Shown piece by piece: positions 1-8,741 of a DNA stretch of 64,000 nt. The translations under genes were made by a program, and so were the position numbers. The DNA comes from Myxococcota bacterium (GTDB lineage: Bacteria > Myxococcota_A > UBA796 > CAJQPC01). Position 1 is the first letter of the stretch, and each line of letters begins with the position of its first letter. The notes under the pieces were generated by a model. That model did not search any database, had not been told where the DNA came from, and saw only the letters and a program-made list of their open reading frames with translations. The stretch is taken from contig JAZAMN010000003.1 in assembly GCA_036229005.1 (NCBI GenBank), positions 8,202 to 72,201 on the forward strand, given 5' to 3'.

Positions 1-545
1 AGCTCTCGCCCACCCGCGCCGCCATCGAGGACATCGGCCTGGACCTGAGCGAAGGCTCCCTCGAGCGCACCGGCGATCCGCTGCACGTAGCGGTCACGGG
101 GCAGGGGTGGTTGGTCGTGGACGGCGGCGGCGAAGAGCTGCTGACCCGAAACGGCAAGCTCCAGATGTCTGAGGACGGCACCCTGCTTGCAGCGGGGCTC
201 CCCCTGCTTGGCGAAGACGGCCCCCTGCAGGTGGATCCCTCGCTGGACCTCTCCATCGATCAGCTCGGCAATGTGTCCCAGGCCGGCGAGGTCGTCGGGC
301 GCATTCGCCTGGCTGCAGCCGAGGAGCTGGAGCCCCTGGGCGTCAGCACCTACCGCCCGGTGGGTGCGCTGCAGGATGCGACAGGCAGCATCGAGCCGGG
401 CCACCTGGAGCGCTCCAACGTGAACCCGATGGAGGCCATGGTCGACCTGATCATGGCCAGCCGGCGCATGGAGATCGCCCAGAAGGCCCTCCAGGCCAGC
501 GAAGAGATGGATCGAACCTCCGCCCGCAACGGGAGTCCCAAATGA
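1..545 (+). CDS. flgF: flagellar basal-body rod protein FlgF (C-terminal part; 5' end outside window)
   Basis: The frame is open from the window edge. The translation ...TGDPLHVAVTGQGWLVVDGGGEELLTRNGKL...SNVNPMEAMVDLIMASRRMEIAQKAL has the FlgF/FlgG-family C-terminus. The stop overlaps the flgG start (ATGA at 542-545). Confidence 0.75.
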   Translation, partial: LSPTRAAIEDIGLDLSEGSLERTGDPLHVAVTGQGWLVVDGGGEELLTRNGKLQMSEDGTLLAAGLPLLGEDGPLQVDPSLDLSIDQLGNVSQAGEVVGRIRLAAAEELEPLGVSTYRPVGALQDATGSIEPGHLERSNVNPMEAMVDLIMASRRMEIAQKALQASEEMDRTSARNGSPK

Positions 546-1309
546 AGGCCCTCTACACCGCCGCCACCGGCATGAGCGCCCAGCAGACCCAGCTGGACAA
601 CATCGCCAACAACATGGCCAACGTCGGCACCACAGGCTTCAAGCGCAGCTCGGTCGCCTTCCAGGACCTCTACTACCAGGAGGTCACCGGCGGCGGCATC
701 CAGGGCGACGCCCAGGGCACCGTGCGGGTCGGCAGCGGCACCAAGGTCGTGGGCAACTACCGGAACCACAAGGCCGGGACCATGGTCACGACCTCGTCGG
801 CCACGGACATGGCCATCGAGGGGCGCGGCTACTTCAAGGTCATGGACCAGGATGGCAACGAGTTCTACACCCGCGACGGCAGCTTCCAGCTCTCCAGCGA
901 GGGGGAGCTGATCACCAACGGTGGGCTGGTGGTCCAGGGGGTCGGTGCGGTCTCTCCGGACATGAAGTCCCTCGTCGTCAACGACGACGGCGAGGTCCTT
1001 GAGACCCTGAGCGACAACAGCGTCCAGTCCCTGGGGATCATCGAGGTGGCCGACTTCGCCAACCCCGGCGGCCTCTCCGCGGTCGGCGGCAACCTCTTCC
1101 AGGCCAGCAACACCTCGGGAGAGGCCACCCAGCTCACCCTGGGGACGGGGGAGACCACCGTGAACCAGTACATGCTCGAGGGCTCCAACGTGGACGTCGC
1201 CGTCGAGCTGATCGACATGATCCAGGCGCAGCGCGCCTTCGAGCTCACCTCCAAGGTGATCCAGGCCTCGGACGAGGCCCTGCAGACCACCGCGAACCTC
1301 AAGCGGTGA
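542..1309 (+). CDS. flgG: flagellar distal rod protein FlgG
   Basis: 255 aa. N-terminus MKALYTAATGMSAQQTQLDNIANNMANVGTTGFKR and C-terminus GSNVDVAVELIDMIQAQRAFELTSKVIQ are the conserved rod-protein termini. Translationally coupled to flgF. Confidence 0.95.
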   Translation: MKALYTAATGMSAQQTQLDNIANNMANVGTTGFKRSSVAFQDLYYQEVTGGGIQGDAQGTVRVGSGTKVVGNYRNHKAGTMVTTSSATDMAIEGRGYFKVMDQDGNEFYTRDGSFQLSSEGELITNGGLVVQGVGAVSPDMKSLVVNDDGEVLETLSDNSVQSLGIIEVADFANPGGLSAVGGNLFQASNTSGEATQLTLGTGETTVNQYMLEGSNVDVAVELIDMIQAQRAFELTSKVIQASDEALQTTANLKR

Positions 1310-1312
1310 TGC

Positions 1313-1939
1313 ATGTTCCTGGCGCTGCTGCTGGCCGCTGACTCCCCCCCGCTCTCCCACGCCCGCGTGGCGGAGAGCCTGGAGACCTACGCGCAGCTCC
1401 AGTGCAGCGCGGAGCAGGTCCATGTGGAGGTCCTGGGCCTGGCCTGGGTCGTCGACCCGCCCGCCGACGCCGAGCTCCACTGGAGCGGGGACCCCTGCAC
1501 TCCGAACCCCAGCCTGCAGCTCAATGTGTATCAGCAGGGTGCGCGGGTGGGCCGATACACCCTGCGGCCCGACATGGATGTGCTGGGCTGGGGGTGGGTG
1601 GCGACCGCGCCTGCCGATCGGGGCGAGCGCATCGTGACCCAGCGCGTGCTGCTTCCCGTCTGGGAGTGTGACCCCTACCTGCCCGAGGGCGCCCCCGTGG
1701 CGCGGCTGCGGGTGGACTCCGGCGATGTGCTCACCCAGCGAAACGCATCCTTTGAGGCGGATCTGTTGGAGGGCGCCCAGGTGACCCTGCGGGTCCAGCG
1801 GGGGCCCGTTGTGCTGGAGACCCCCGGAGAGCTCCTGGAGGATGGCCGCGTCGGCCAGCCCGTCCGCGCCCTGAACACCGAGAGCGGCAAGGCGGTGGAG
1901 GGCGTGCTCGCTCCCTCCGGCCTGGTCGTCATCCCCTGA
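1313..1939 (+). CDS. flgA: flagellar P-ring assembly chaperone FlgA
   Basis: Short hydrophobic N-terminus MFLALLLAADSPP. C-terminal SAF-like segment GDVLTQRNASFEADLLEGAQVTLRVQRGPVVLETPGELLEDGRVGQPVRALNTESGKAVEGV. Sits between flgG and flgH. Confidence 0.75.
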   Translation: MFLALLLAADSPPLSHARVAESLETYAQLQCSAEQVHVEVLGLAWVVDPPADAELHWSGDPCTPNPSLQLNVYQQGARVGRYTLRPDMDVLGWGWVATAPADRGERIVTQRVLLPVWECDPYLPEGAPVARLRVDSGDVLTQRNASFEADLLEGAQVTLRVQRGPVVLETPGELLEDGRVGQPVRALNTESGKAVEGVLAPSGLVVIP

Positions 1940-1953
1940 GACCGGAGACAGTC

Positions 1954-2760
1954 ATGAAGCTCTTGATGATGGCCCTGCTCGCACAGGATCCCGCCCCAGT
2001 CACCGAGGCCGCCCCGGATGCGCAGGAGAGCGCAGCGGAGTCGGGCTCGGACAGCGCCGAGGAGACCTCGCTGGTGGATGAGAGTGCGACAGAGGCGGAG
2101 GGGAGTCCGCAGGAGGGAGGTGAGGATCTGGGCTCCGAGCAACCAGGGTCCACCTCTCCCGATCCCATCCAGCGGCCACAGATCGCCAGCCGGGAGACCT
2201 CCCAGCGAGGTGCGTCTCTGTATTCCGAGGAGCACAACCGCTGGAACAGCCACGAGGTCGGGGATCTGGTCACGGTCGAGGTGTACGACGCTCTGCAGAC
2301 CGAGGTGACGGCGGCGACGACGACCGGCCGGAGCACGGGACAGAGCACCCGCGTTGGTGCGCTCCTGGGCTTGGTCTCTCAGGTCCTGATCGCGAACCCG
2401 ACGATGGAGATCGAGTCGGGAGAACTGGGTGTTGAGGCCAGCAATGACTCCACCTTCGCCGGCAACGGCACCACCAGCCGCGAGAACGCCCTGAGCACCA
2501 CCCTGACCTGCACCGTCGTGGAGATCCTGCCCGGCGGGAACCTCAAAATCGAGGGCTACAAGGAGGTCCTGGTGAACGGGGAGACGCAGATGGTCGTGCT
2601 GCACGGCGTGGTGCGTCCCCAGGACATCAAGGGGGACAACACCATCTCGTCGGACCGCCTCGCGGAGAGCCGCGTGCATGTGTCAGGGCAGGGTGTGGTG
2701 GACGACCGTCAGGCGCCGGGGTGGGGGACGCGCGTGATGGACCACGCCTGGCCCTTCTGA
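1954..2760 (+). CDS. flgH: flagellar L-ring protein FlgH (atypical: no lipobox Cys, acidic N-terminal linker)
   Basis: C-terminal two-thirds looks like FlgH (GDLVTVEVYDALQTEV..., NGTTSRENALSTTLTCTVVEILPGGNLKIEGYKEVLVNGETQMVVLHGVVRPQDI). GGAGA lies 5 nt upstream of the ATG. Confidence 0.85.
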   Translation: MKLLMMALLAQDPAPVTEAAPDAQESAAESGSDSAEETSLVDESATEAEGSPQEGGEDLGSEQPGSTSPDPIQRPQIASRETSQRGASLYSEEHNRWNSHEVGDLVTVEVYDALQTEVTAATTTGRSTGQSTRVGALLGLVSQVLIANPTMEIESGELGVEASNDSTFAGNGTTSRENALSTTLTCTVVEILPGGNLKIEGYKEVLVNGETQMVVLHGVVRPQDIKGDNTISSDRLAESRVHVSGQGVVDDRQAPGWGTRVMDHAWPF

Positions 2761-2807
2761 GCGTGTGGGCCTGGGCGCGGAGCCAGAGAGAGTTCGCGAT
2801 TCAGGGC

Positions 2808-2834
2808 TAAAGCGCGGGGACCTCCGTCCGATGG
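2808..2834 (+). promoter_or_regulatory. candidate sigma-28 (FliA)-type promoter upstream of flgI
   Basis: TAAA (2808-2811)-N15-TCCGATGG (2827-2834) in the flgH-flgI gap. The 15-mer CTCCGTCCGATGGCG (2822-2836) is identical to 15778-15792 upstream of flgB. Compare the FliA consensus TAAA-N15-GCCGATAA. Confidence 0.45.
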
Positions 2835-2853
2835 CGAGAGCGGAGGACCCAAC

Positions 2854-3960
2854 ATGCTGTCCCTTCTGCTCGCCCTGATCCCCGCCCTCTGCACTCCGGC
2901 CGAGGCCGCCCGCGTCAAGGAGCTCGGCTACCTGTACGGGACCGACGACGCCAAGCTCCAGGGCGTTGGGCTGGTGGTCGGCCTGAACGGGACGGGCGAC
3001 TCACCGCGGAACATCGGCATGACCGAGCAGCTCGTCCGGGAGCTGCAGTCCATGGGCATCGCCATCGGCGTGGACGACATCCAGTCCAAGAACGTGGCGC
3101 TGGTGCTGGTACAGGCGGAGATGCCGGTGGACGCCCGGCCCAACACGAACCTGGACGTCCGGGTCTCCGCGATGGGGGACGCCAAGTCGCTGTCCAACGG
3201 CAGCCTGATGGACACGCGGCTGTACGCGGCCAACCGGGAGGCCGGGGTTTTCGCGATCGCGAGCGGTCCGCTGAGCACCGGCAGCGTGAGCGCGGACTCC
3301 GGGAAGGGTGACAGCAGCGTCAAGAACCACCCCACCGTGGCCTCGGCTCCGGGGGCGGCGCAGGTGATCCAGGCGCACCCCCTGGCCCGCGACTACTTCG
3401 ACACCGAGCAGGTGGAGTTCATCCTGGATCAGCCGGACTTCACGACCATGCAGCGGCTCACCGACACCGTGAACGCGTACTTTGGGCCGGGGGTGGCCTG
3501 GCCTCGGGACAGCCGCAGCCTGGTGCTGCAGGTCCCCGAGAGCCACAAGCAGAGCTTTGTTCTCTTCATGGCGGAGTTCGAGCAGCTCGAGGTGGGCGTG
3601 GACTCCGTGGCGCGGGTGGTGATCAACGAGCGCACCGGGACCGTGGTGGTGGGCGGCGATGTGCACATCCAGCCGGTCGCCATCGCCCACGGGAACCTGC
3701 TGATCGAGATCGACGCCCAGACCGAGGTCGCTGAGGGCCCTGAGATCACGGTGGGAGAGGCACCCACGCCGGTGGTGGTGACGAACTCCACCATCTCCGT
3801 CTCCGAAGAGGGGGGCGAGCTCTCCGTGGTGTCGGGGGGCACCATCGAGGACCTCGTCGATGCCCTCAACGCGATGGGGATGAAGCCGCGTGACCTCGTC
3901 AGCATCCTTCAGGCCATCGATGCAGCGGGTGCCCTGGAGGGGGAGTTGGTGATCCAGTGA
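2854..3960 (+). CDS. flgI: flagellar P-ring protein FlgI
   Basis: 368 aa. Signal peptide MLSLLLALIPALCTPAEA followed by ARVKELGYLYG...LQGVGLVVGLNGTGDS. C-terminus IEDLVDALNAMGMKPRDLVSILQAIDAAGALEGELVIQ is typical of FlgI. Confidence 0.95.
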   Translation: MLSLLLALIPALCTPAEAARVKELGYLYGTDDAKLQGVGLVVGLNGTGDSPRNIGMTEQLVRELQSMGIAIGVDDIQSKNVALVLVQAEMPVDARPNTNLDVRVSAMGDAKSLSNGSLMDTRLYAANREAGVFAIASGPLSTGSVSADSGKGDSSVKNHPTVASAPGAAQVIQAHPLARDYFDTEQVEFILDQPDFTTMQRLTDTVNAYFGPGVAWPRDSRSLVLQVPESHKQSFVLFMAEFEQLEVGVDSVARVVINERTGTVVVGGDVHIQPVAIAHGNLLIEIDAQTEVAEGPEITVGEAPTPVVVTNSTISVSEEGGELSVVSGGTIEDLVDALNAMGMKPRDLVSILQAIDAAGALEGELVIQ

Positions 3961-4637
3961 AGCCCGCAGCGCCCATCCTCTCCTCCGCTCCCCAGCTCGA
4001 CCGGAGCAAGAGCCCCAAGCGGCTCGTGCAGGAGCAGTTCGCCCGGGTGATGGTCAAGCAGCTCCGGGAGTCGCTCCCCGAGGACGTGATGGGCGGCCCC
4101 TTCTCGGACGCCTTCGCGGGGATCTTCGATGAGGCGATGGCGACCTCGCTGGTGGAGTCGGGGGGAATGGACATCCCCTGGAATGTGCCCGGGCCTGCGG
4201 TCGCGTGGCCGGTGCCAGGCTTTGACCGCATCTCCAGCGACTACGGGATGCGCGAGGCACACCCGGTGCACGGGGATCGACGCATGCACCACGGCGTCGA
4301 CATCCCGGCCCCCATGGGGAGCGACATCCACCCCGTCCGCGAGGGCACCGTGCTGCGCGTCCGGGAGACCGAGGGGGGCTACGGCCGGCTGCTGGAGATC
4401 CAGCACGAGGACGGCATGGTCAGCCGCTACGCGCACTGCGAGGCCATCCTGGTGTCGCCCGGTGATCGGGTGGATCCGGGCCAGGTGGTTGCGCTCGTGG
4501 GCAACAGCGGCGACTCGACGGGGCCCCACCTGCACCTGGAGATCCGGGTGGACGGGGAGGCTGTGGATCCCAGGGAGCATTTGCCCTTGAAGCGCCGAGA
4601 AGGGGCCGAGGGATCGGATCACGATCACAATCCCTAA
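3957..4637 (+). CDS. flgJ: FlgJ-like rod-binding domain fused to an M23 metallopeptidase domain
   Basis: GTGA overlap with flgI. N-terminal part (LVQEQFARVMVKQLRESLP...FAGIFDEAMATSLVESGGMDI) resembles the FlgJ rod-binding domain. C-terminal part carries M23 motifs HHGVDI and GNSGDSTGPHLHLEIRVDGEAVDP. Confidence 0.8.
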   Translation: MKPAAPILSSAPQLDRSKSPKRLVQEQFARVMVKQLRESLPEDVMGGPFSDAFAGIFDEAMATSLVESGGMDIPWNVPGPAVAWPVPGFDRISSDYGMREAHPVHGDRRMHHGVDIPAPMGSDIHPVREGTVLRVRETEGGYGRLLEIQHEDGMVSRYAHCEAILVSPGDRVDPGQVVALVGNSGDSTGPHLHLEIRVDGEAVDPREHLPLKRREGAEGSDHDHNP

Positions 4638-4661
4638 AGTCCCGATCTCTGAGTCCGTAGA
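4635..4661 (+). promoter_or_regulatory. candidate sigma-28-type promoter upstream of flgM
   Basis: TAAA (4635-4638, overlapping the flgJ TAA stop)-N15-TCCGTAGA (4654-4661). The implied transcription start lies just before the GGAGG-led ATG at 4694. Confidence 0.4.
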
Positions 4662-4693
4662 GGTCGATGTACCCCCGGATTCGGAGGCTCCCC

Positions 4694-4960
4694 ATGAAGA
4701 TCGACGGCCTGGCCCACGTCCTGCGACTGCAGAGCGGCCCCACCCGCGCCCAGCCCGCGGCCCGGAGCAGCGCCCCAACTGGGGGTGTGAAGCTGTCCGG
4801 GACCGCATCCTGGATCCAGGAGATGCAGGCGCAGGCGGATGAGCCCGCCGGCGTGCGCATGGATCTGGTCAACGAGATGAAGGCGGCCATCGCGGATGGA
4901 AGCCTGGAGTCGTCCGTGGACATGGACAAGGTCCTGGACGGCTTGCTGGCGGAGCTGTGA
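4694..4960 (+). CDS. flgM: anti-sigma-28 factor FlgM
   Basis: Small protein with C-terminus VRMDLVNEMKAAIADGSLESSVDMDKVLDGLLAEL, the FlgM family pattern. GGAGG lies 6 nt upstream of ATG 4694. The longer ORF start at 4667 has no RBS. Confidence 0.75.
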   Translation: MKIDGLAHVLRLQSGPTRAQPAARSSAPTGGVKLSGTASWIQEMQAQADEPAGVRMDLVNEMKAAIADGSLESSVDMDKVLDGLLAEL

Positions 4961-5286
4961 GCGCCGCCGGGCTGCTGGACGAGCTGCTGGCTGTCACCGA
5001 GCGCCAGCTCTCGGCCGCGCGGGCCCTGGACGCCCAGGCGCTGGACCAGAGCTCCCAGGAGCGGGCGGATCTGCTCTTTGAGCTGGAGGTCGAGCTCCAG
5101 CAGGAGGAGCTCTGGGCCCTCAGCGATGACGAGAAGGCGGCGCTGCGCCCCCGAATCGAGGCCCTGGTCGCGCTCGAGGAGCGGCTGGCGGTGGTGGTGA
5201 CCATGGTGAACGACTCGCTGGGCCAGGCGCTCAGCGGCGGGGAGACGACCTACGGTCGGCCCAAGGGAGGCCCCAAGTGGGGGTGA
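4957..5286 (+). CDS. flgN: FlgN-like flagellar export chaperone
   Basis: 109-aa helical protein (LLDELLAVTERQLSAARALDAQALDQSSQERADLLFELE...). GTGA overlap with flgM. Immediately precedes flgK, the usual FlgN position. Confidence 0.55.
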   Translation: MSAAGLLDELLAVTERQLSAARALDAQALDQSSQERADLLFELEVELQQEELWALSDDEKAALRPRIEALVALEERLAVVVTMVNDSLGQALSGGETTYGRPKGGPKWG

Positions 5287-6650
5287 TCTCCACGCTGTCG
5301 ACCGCCCAGACCGGTCTGCGCGCCGCGAGCGTCCAGATCGACACGGCGGCGAACAACGTGGCGAACGCCTCGACCGACGGGTACTCGCGGCGCACCGCGG
5401 ACCTGAGCAACAGCGACCCGGTGCGGCTGGGGAGCGTGTACCGGGGCACGGGTGTCAGCGTCACGGGCGTGGAGCGGGCTGCCGATGAGTTCGTGGCCCG
5501 CCAGCTCGTGGGGACCATGGGCGACCAGTCCTTCGCCGAGGCTGAGTATGAGGTGCTCACCCTGGCGGAGGCGTGGTTCAACGACGCGGAGATCGACGGC
5601 CTGCCGACCATGCTTCAGGAGGTCTACGACTCCCTGACCCAAGCCACCGCGGACCCCGCCGATGCCAGCCTGCGCAGGGCCGTGGCCTCGGCGAGTGATG
5701 CCTTCGCGACCAGCCTGGCGCGCACCGCGAGCTCCATCGTGGATCTGCAGGAGCAGGTCCAGGACCGCATCGCTGATGCCATGAGCGAGGTGAACGACCG
5801 GGTGCAGAAGGTCGCGCAGCTCAACGAGCGCGTGATCCACTCACAGGGGGACGCGTCCGATCTGCTGGACCAGCGCGACCGCGAACTCCAGGAGCTCGCG
5901 CAGCTCGTGGGCATCGACTACTTCATCGAGCAGGACGGCAGCGCGACGGTGTTGCTGGGAGGCCACACGCTGGTCAACGGCATCGAGTCCCGGGAGCTCA
6001 GCCTGGAGCAGGACCCTGGCGAGGTGAGCCTGTGGCTGGAGGTGGACTCTGGACGCGTCGAGGTCAGCGGCGCCGCCGGCGGGCGGCTCGGGGGCATGTC
6101 CAAGGCGCTGGACCGCGTCGAGGGCTACCTGGACGATCTGGACACCTTCGTCTCCGAGATCGAGACCCAGTTCAACACCCAGCACGCCGCCGGGTTCGAC
6201 CGCAGCGGCGCCGCGGGCGGGGACTGGTTCCAGACCGCCACGGGTGGCGACCACATCTCGGAGAGCTTCTCCTTCAACGTCGACCTGCTCAACGATCCCG
6301 AGCTGTTCGCGTTCGCGGGCAGCGCAGCGGGCGCCGCGGGTGACGGGGACAACCTGCGCCTGATGGTGGAGATGGAGGCCGACACGGTCTACACCGGCGG
6401 GATCAGCGGCGGGGAGTCGGTGCTGCGGCTGCTCACCGAGGTGGGCGATGACACGGCCAGCGCGCTCCGGACCAGCGAGCAACAGGCGGTGATCCAGGAG
6501 GACCTGCAGGGGATGCGCGATGCCATCTCCGGGGTGGATCTGGACGAGGAGGCGGCCAGCCTCATCGAGTTCCAGGCCGCCTATCAGGCCGCAGCCAAGG
6601 TTCTCCGGACCAGCCAGACCCTCTTTGAAACCCTGATTCAGGTGGTCTGA
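5277..6650 (+). CDS. flgK: flagellar hook-associated protein 1 FlgK
   Basis: 457 aa. N-terminus ISTLSTAQTGLRAASVQIDTAANNVANASTDGYSRR and C-terminus VDLDEEAASLIEFQAAYQAAAKVLRTSQTLFETLIQV are conserved FlgK termini. Confidence 0.9.
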   Translation: MGVISTLSTAQTGLRAASVQIDTAANNVANASTDGYSRRTADLSNSDPVRLGSVYRGTGVSVTGVERAADEFVARQLVGTMGDQSFAEAEYEVLTLAEAWFNDAEIDGLPTMLQEVYDSLTQATADPADASLRRAVASASDAFATSLARTASSIVDLQEQVQDRIADAMSEVNDRVQKVAQLNERVIHSQGDASDLLDQRDRELQELAQLVGIDYFIEQDGSATVLLGGHTLVNGIESRELSLEQDPGEVSLWLEVDSGRVEVSGAAGGRLGGMSKALDRVEGYLDDLDTFVSEIETQFNTQHAAGFDRSGAAGGDWFQTATGGDHISESFSFNVDLLNDPELFAFAGSAAGAAGDGDNLRLMVEMEADTVYTGGISGGESVLRLLTEVGDDTASALRTSEQQAVIQEDLQGMRDAISGVDLDEEAASLIEFQAAYQAAAKVLRTSQTLFETLIQVV

Positions 6651-7531
6651 TGAACATCTATCGCACGACCCAAGGGTCCATGAGCCGGCTGCTGACCTCC
6701 GAGCTTGGGCAGCTCACCACCCAGATCCGGAAGACGGAGACGCAGGCCATCACTGGCCTGCGCTACAACCGCCCCAGCGATGGCCCAGCCGAGGTCGCCA
6801 CGGCGATCAAGCTTCAGGGCGTGATCGACGATCAGGCCGAGTTCGAGGACAACATCAGCCGCGCGCTGAGCTTTCAGTCCAGCGGCGATGACGCTCTCGC
6901 CCAGGCCTCGGAGATCTTCAAGCGGGCCAAGGAGATCGCGGTCGCGGGCGCCTCCGAGGGCTACGACGCGACCTCCCGCTCGGCGATGGCGGTAGAGGTG
7001 CAGGGGCTCTCCGAGTCGCTGCTCGCGGTCGCTAACACCCGCATCGGGGAGCGATACATCTTCGCGGGTGAGAACTACGACGGGGAGGCCTTCGACGCGA
7101 CCTTTACGTATCAAGGGGGGAACAACAGCCCGGAGACCCGGATCGCCTCGAACCTCTGGACGGAGACCGGCTGGGACGGCAGTGAGGTGTTCCAGGGCAC
7201 GGTGGACACATTCCAGGTGCTCGAGGACGTCGCCGCGGCGCTCGACGCGGACGACCCCGACACAGTCTTCGCGCTGCTCTCGGATCTGGAGGACGCCTTC
7301 AACCAGCTCTCCGCAGCCCGCCAGCAGGTGGGACATGAGCAGAAGATGACGGAGGACGCCGAGGAGACCGCGGGGAACATCCACTCCATCCTGGTCGCCG
7401 AGTACAACGCCATCGCCCAGATCGACGAGACGGAGACCTACACGCGGCTCAACGAGCTGCAGCAGAGCTACAACGCGGCCCTTCAGGTGGGCGCTGCGTC
7501 CTCGACCGGGAAGCTCTTCGAGTACCTCTGA
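6650..7531 (+). CDS. flgL: flagellar hook-associated protein 3 FlgL
   Basis: 293 aa, TGATG overlap with flgK. Flagellin-like ends (RLLTSELGQLTTQIRKTETQAITGLRYNRPSDGP; ETYTRLNELQQSYNAALQVGAASSTGKLFEYL). Confidence 0.85.
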   Translation: MNIYRTTQGSMSRLLTSELGQLTTQIRKTETQAITGLRYNRPSDGPAEVATAIKLQGVIDDQAEFEDNISRALSFQSSGDDALAQASEIFKRAKEIAVAGASEGYDATSRSAMAVEVQGLSESLLAVANTRIGERYIFAGENYDGEAFDATFTYQGGNNSPETRIASNLWTETGWDGSEVFQGTVDTFQVLEDVAAALDADDPDTVFALLSDLEDAFNQLSAARQQVGHEQKMTEDAEETAGNIHSILVAEYNAIAQIDETETYTRLNELQQSYNAALQVGAASSTGKLFEYL

Positions 7532-7551
7532 GGCCTCTGGGAGTGGCTGCG

Positions 7552-7580
7552 AGGGCGTGCCTCTGGGCGCGCCCTTTTTT
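7552..7580 (+). terminator. rho-independent terminator after flgL
   Basis: AGGGCG (7552-7557) pairs with CGCCCT (7570-7575), followed by a T6 tract (7575-7580), about 20 nt after the flgL stop. Confidence 0.6.
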
Positions 7581-7759
7581 GTGTTTGGGGGGTGGGGCTC
7601 GGAGAAAGGCGATCTCTTGTTGAGAGGGGATCGCTGTTTTTCCTAAAACACCCCCTCCCTGGGATCCGAGAGGAACCTTGAGGACGCAAGGTTTCGAGGA
7701 AAAAACCGGGCGGCTTCTACGACGACGACGACAAGACCGACTCCTAGGAGGAACCCGAA

Positions 7760-8590
7760 ATGGCACTGGTTGTCAACACCAACACCGCGTCCAACAACGC
7801 GATCAACAACCTGAACAAGAACACGCGTTCGCTGTCCAACAGCTTCCGCAAGATCAGCTCCGGTCTGCGCGTCAGCAAGGCCGCTGACGACGCCGCCGGC
7901 CTGGCCGTGGCGGAGAACCTGGAGGCCGCGAGCCGCTCCGCGGACGTTGCCATGCGCAACACCAACGACGGCATCTCCATCATCTCCACCGCTGAGGGCG
8001 CCGCCTCCGAGGTCGGCAACATCCTCAAGCGCATGCGCGAGCTGGCTGTGCAGTCCAGCTCGGACACCCTGGACGATGAGGAGCGCACCTACATCCAGGA
8101 CGAGCTCACCGAGCTGTCGGAGGAGGTGGACCGCATCAGCGCGGTGACCGAGTTCAACGGCATCGCCCTGGCTGACGGCACCAACACCCAGCTCGAGGTG
8201 CAGGTCGGCGTCATGAACTCGGCGAACGACCGCATCACCATCACCCTGGGTGACCTGACCGCGTCCACCCTGGGCGTGGACACCGGCAGCGTGGACCTGT
8301 CCACCGCCGCGTCCGCTCGCACCGCCATCGACACCATCGACACGGCGATCGACAGCGTCTCCTCCTACCGCTCCAAGTTCGGTGCGGTGGAGAACCGGAT
8401 GAACTCGGCCCTGAACAACCTGGAGACCTACTCCGAGAACCTGCAGGCCGCAGAGTCCCGCATCCGTGACGCCGACTTCGCCTACGAGACGGCCGAGATG
8501 AGCAAGAACCAGATCATGCAGCAGGCCAGCACCTCGGTGCTCGCCCAGGCCAAGACCGTCAGCCAGGGTGCACTGAACCTCATCGGCTAA
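7760..8590 (+). CDS. fliC: flagellin (short, about 276 aa, D0/D1-only type), copy 1
   Basis: MALVVNTNTASNNAINNLNKNTRSLSNSFRKISSGLRVSKAADDAAGLAV... and C-terminus RIRDADFAYETAEMSKNQIMQQASTSVLAQAKTVSQGALNLIG. GGAGG lies 8 nt upstream. Confidence 0.95.
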   Translation: MALVVNTNTASNNAINNLNKNTRSLSNSFRKISSGLRVSKAADDAAGLAVAENLEAASRSADVAMRNTNDGISIISTAEGAASEVGNILKRMRELAVQSSSDTLDDEERTYIQDELTELSEEVDRISAVTEFNGIALADGTNTQLEVQVGVMNSANDRITITLGDLTASTLGVDTGSVDLSTAASARTAIDTIDTAIDSVSSYRSKFGAVENRMNSALNNLETYSENLQAAESRIRDADFAYETAEMSKNQIMQQASTSVLAQAKTVSQGALNLIG

Positions 8591-8616
8591 GCCGACGGTT
8601 CCCGCTGACACACCAA

Positions 8617-8654
8617 GGAGCGTCCCCGCAAGGGGGCGCTCCTTTCTTGCGTTT
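8617..8654 (+). terminator. rho-independent terminator after flagellin 1
   Basis: GGAGCGTCCCC (8617-8627), loop GCAA, GGGGGCGCTCC (8632-8642), then TTTCTTGCGTTT. Confidence 0.65.
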
Positions 8655-8741
8655 GGGGGCGCATGCGGAGCGACCCCGACCGCGACCCTGTAGAACTGTA
8701 GGAGATGATGGGGGAGACGATCTTTTTTTGGCCCTGGGGGG

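Noticed and set aside
7711-7749. (GAC)4-AAG would encode DDDDK (an enterokinase/FLAG-like peptide) in one frame
   Set aside because: That frame opens after a TGA at 7679-7681, contains no ATG/GTG/TTG start, and closes at TAG 7744-7746. It is a non-coding microsatellite in the flagellin leader.
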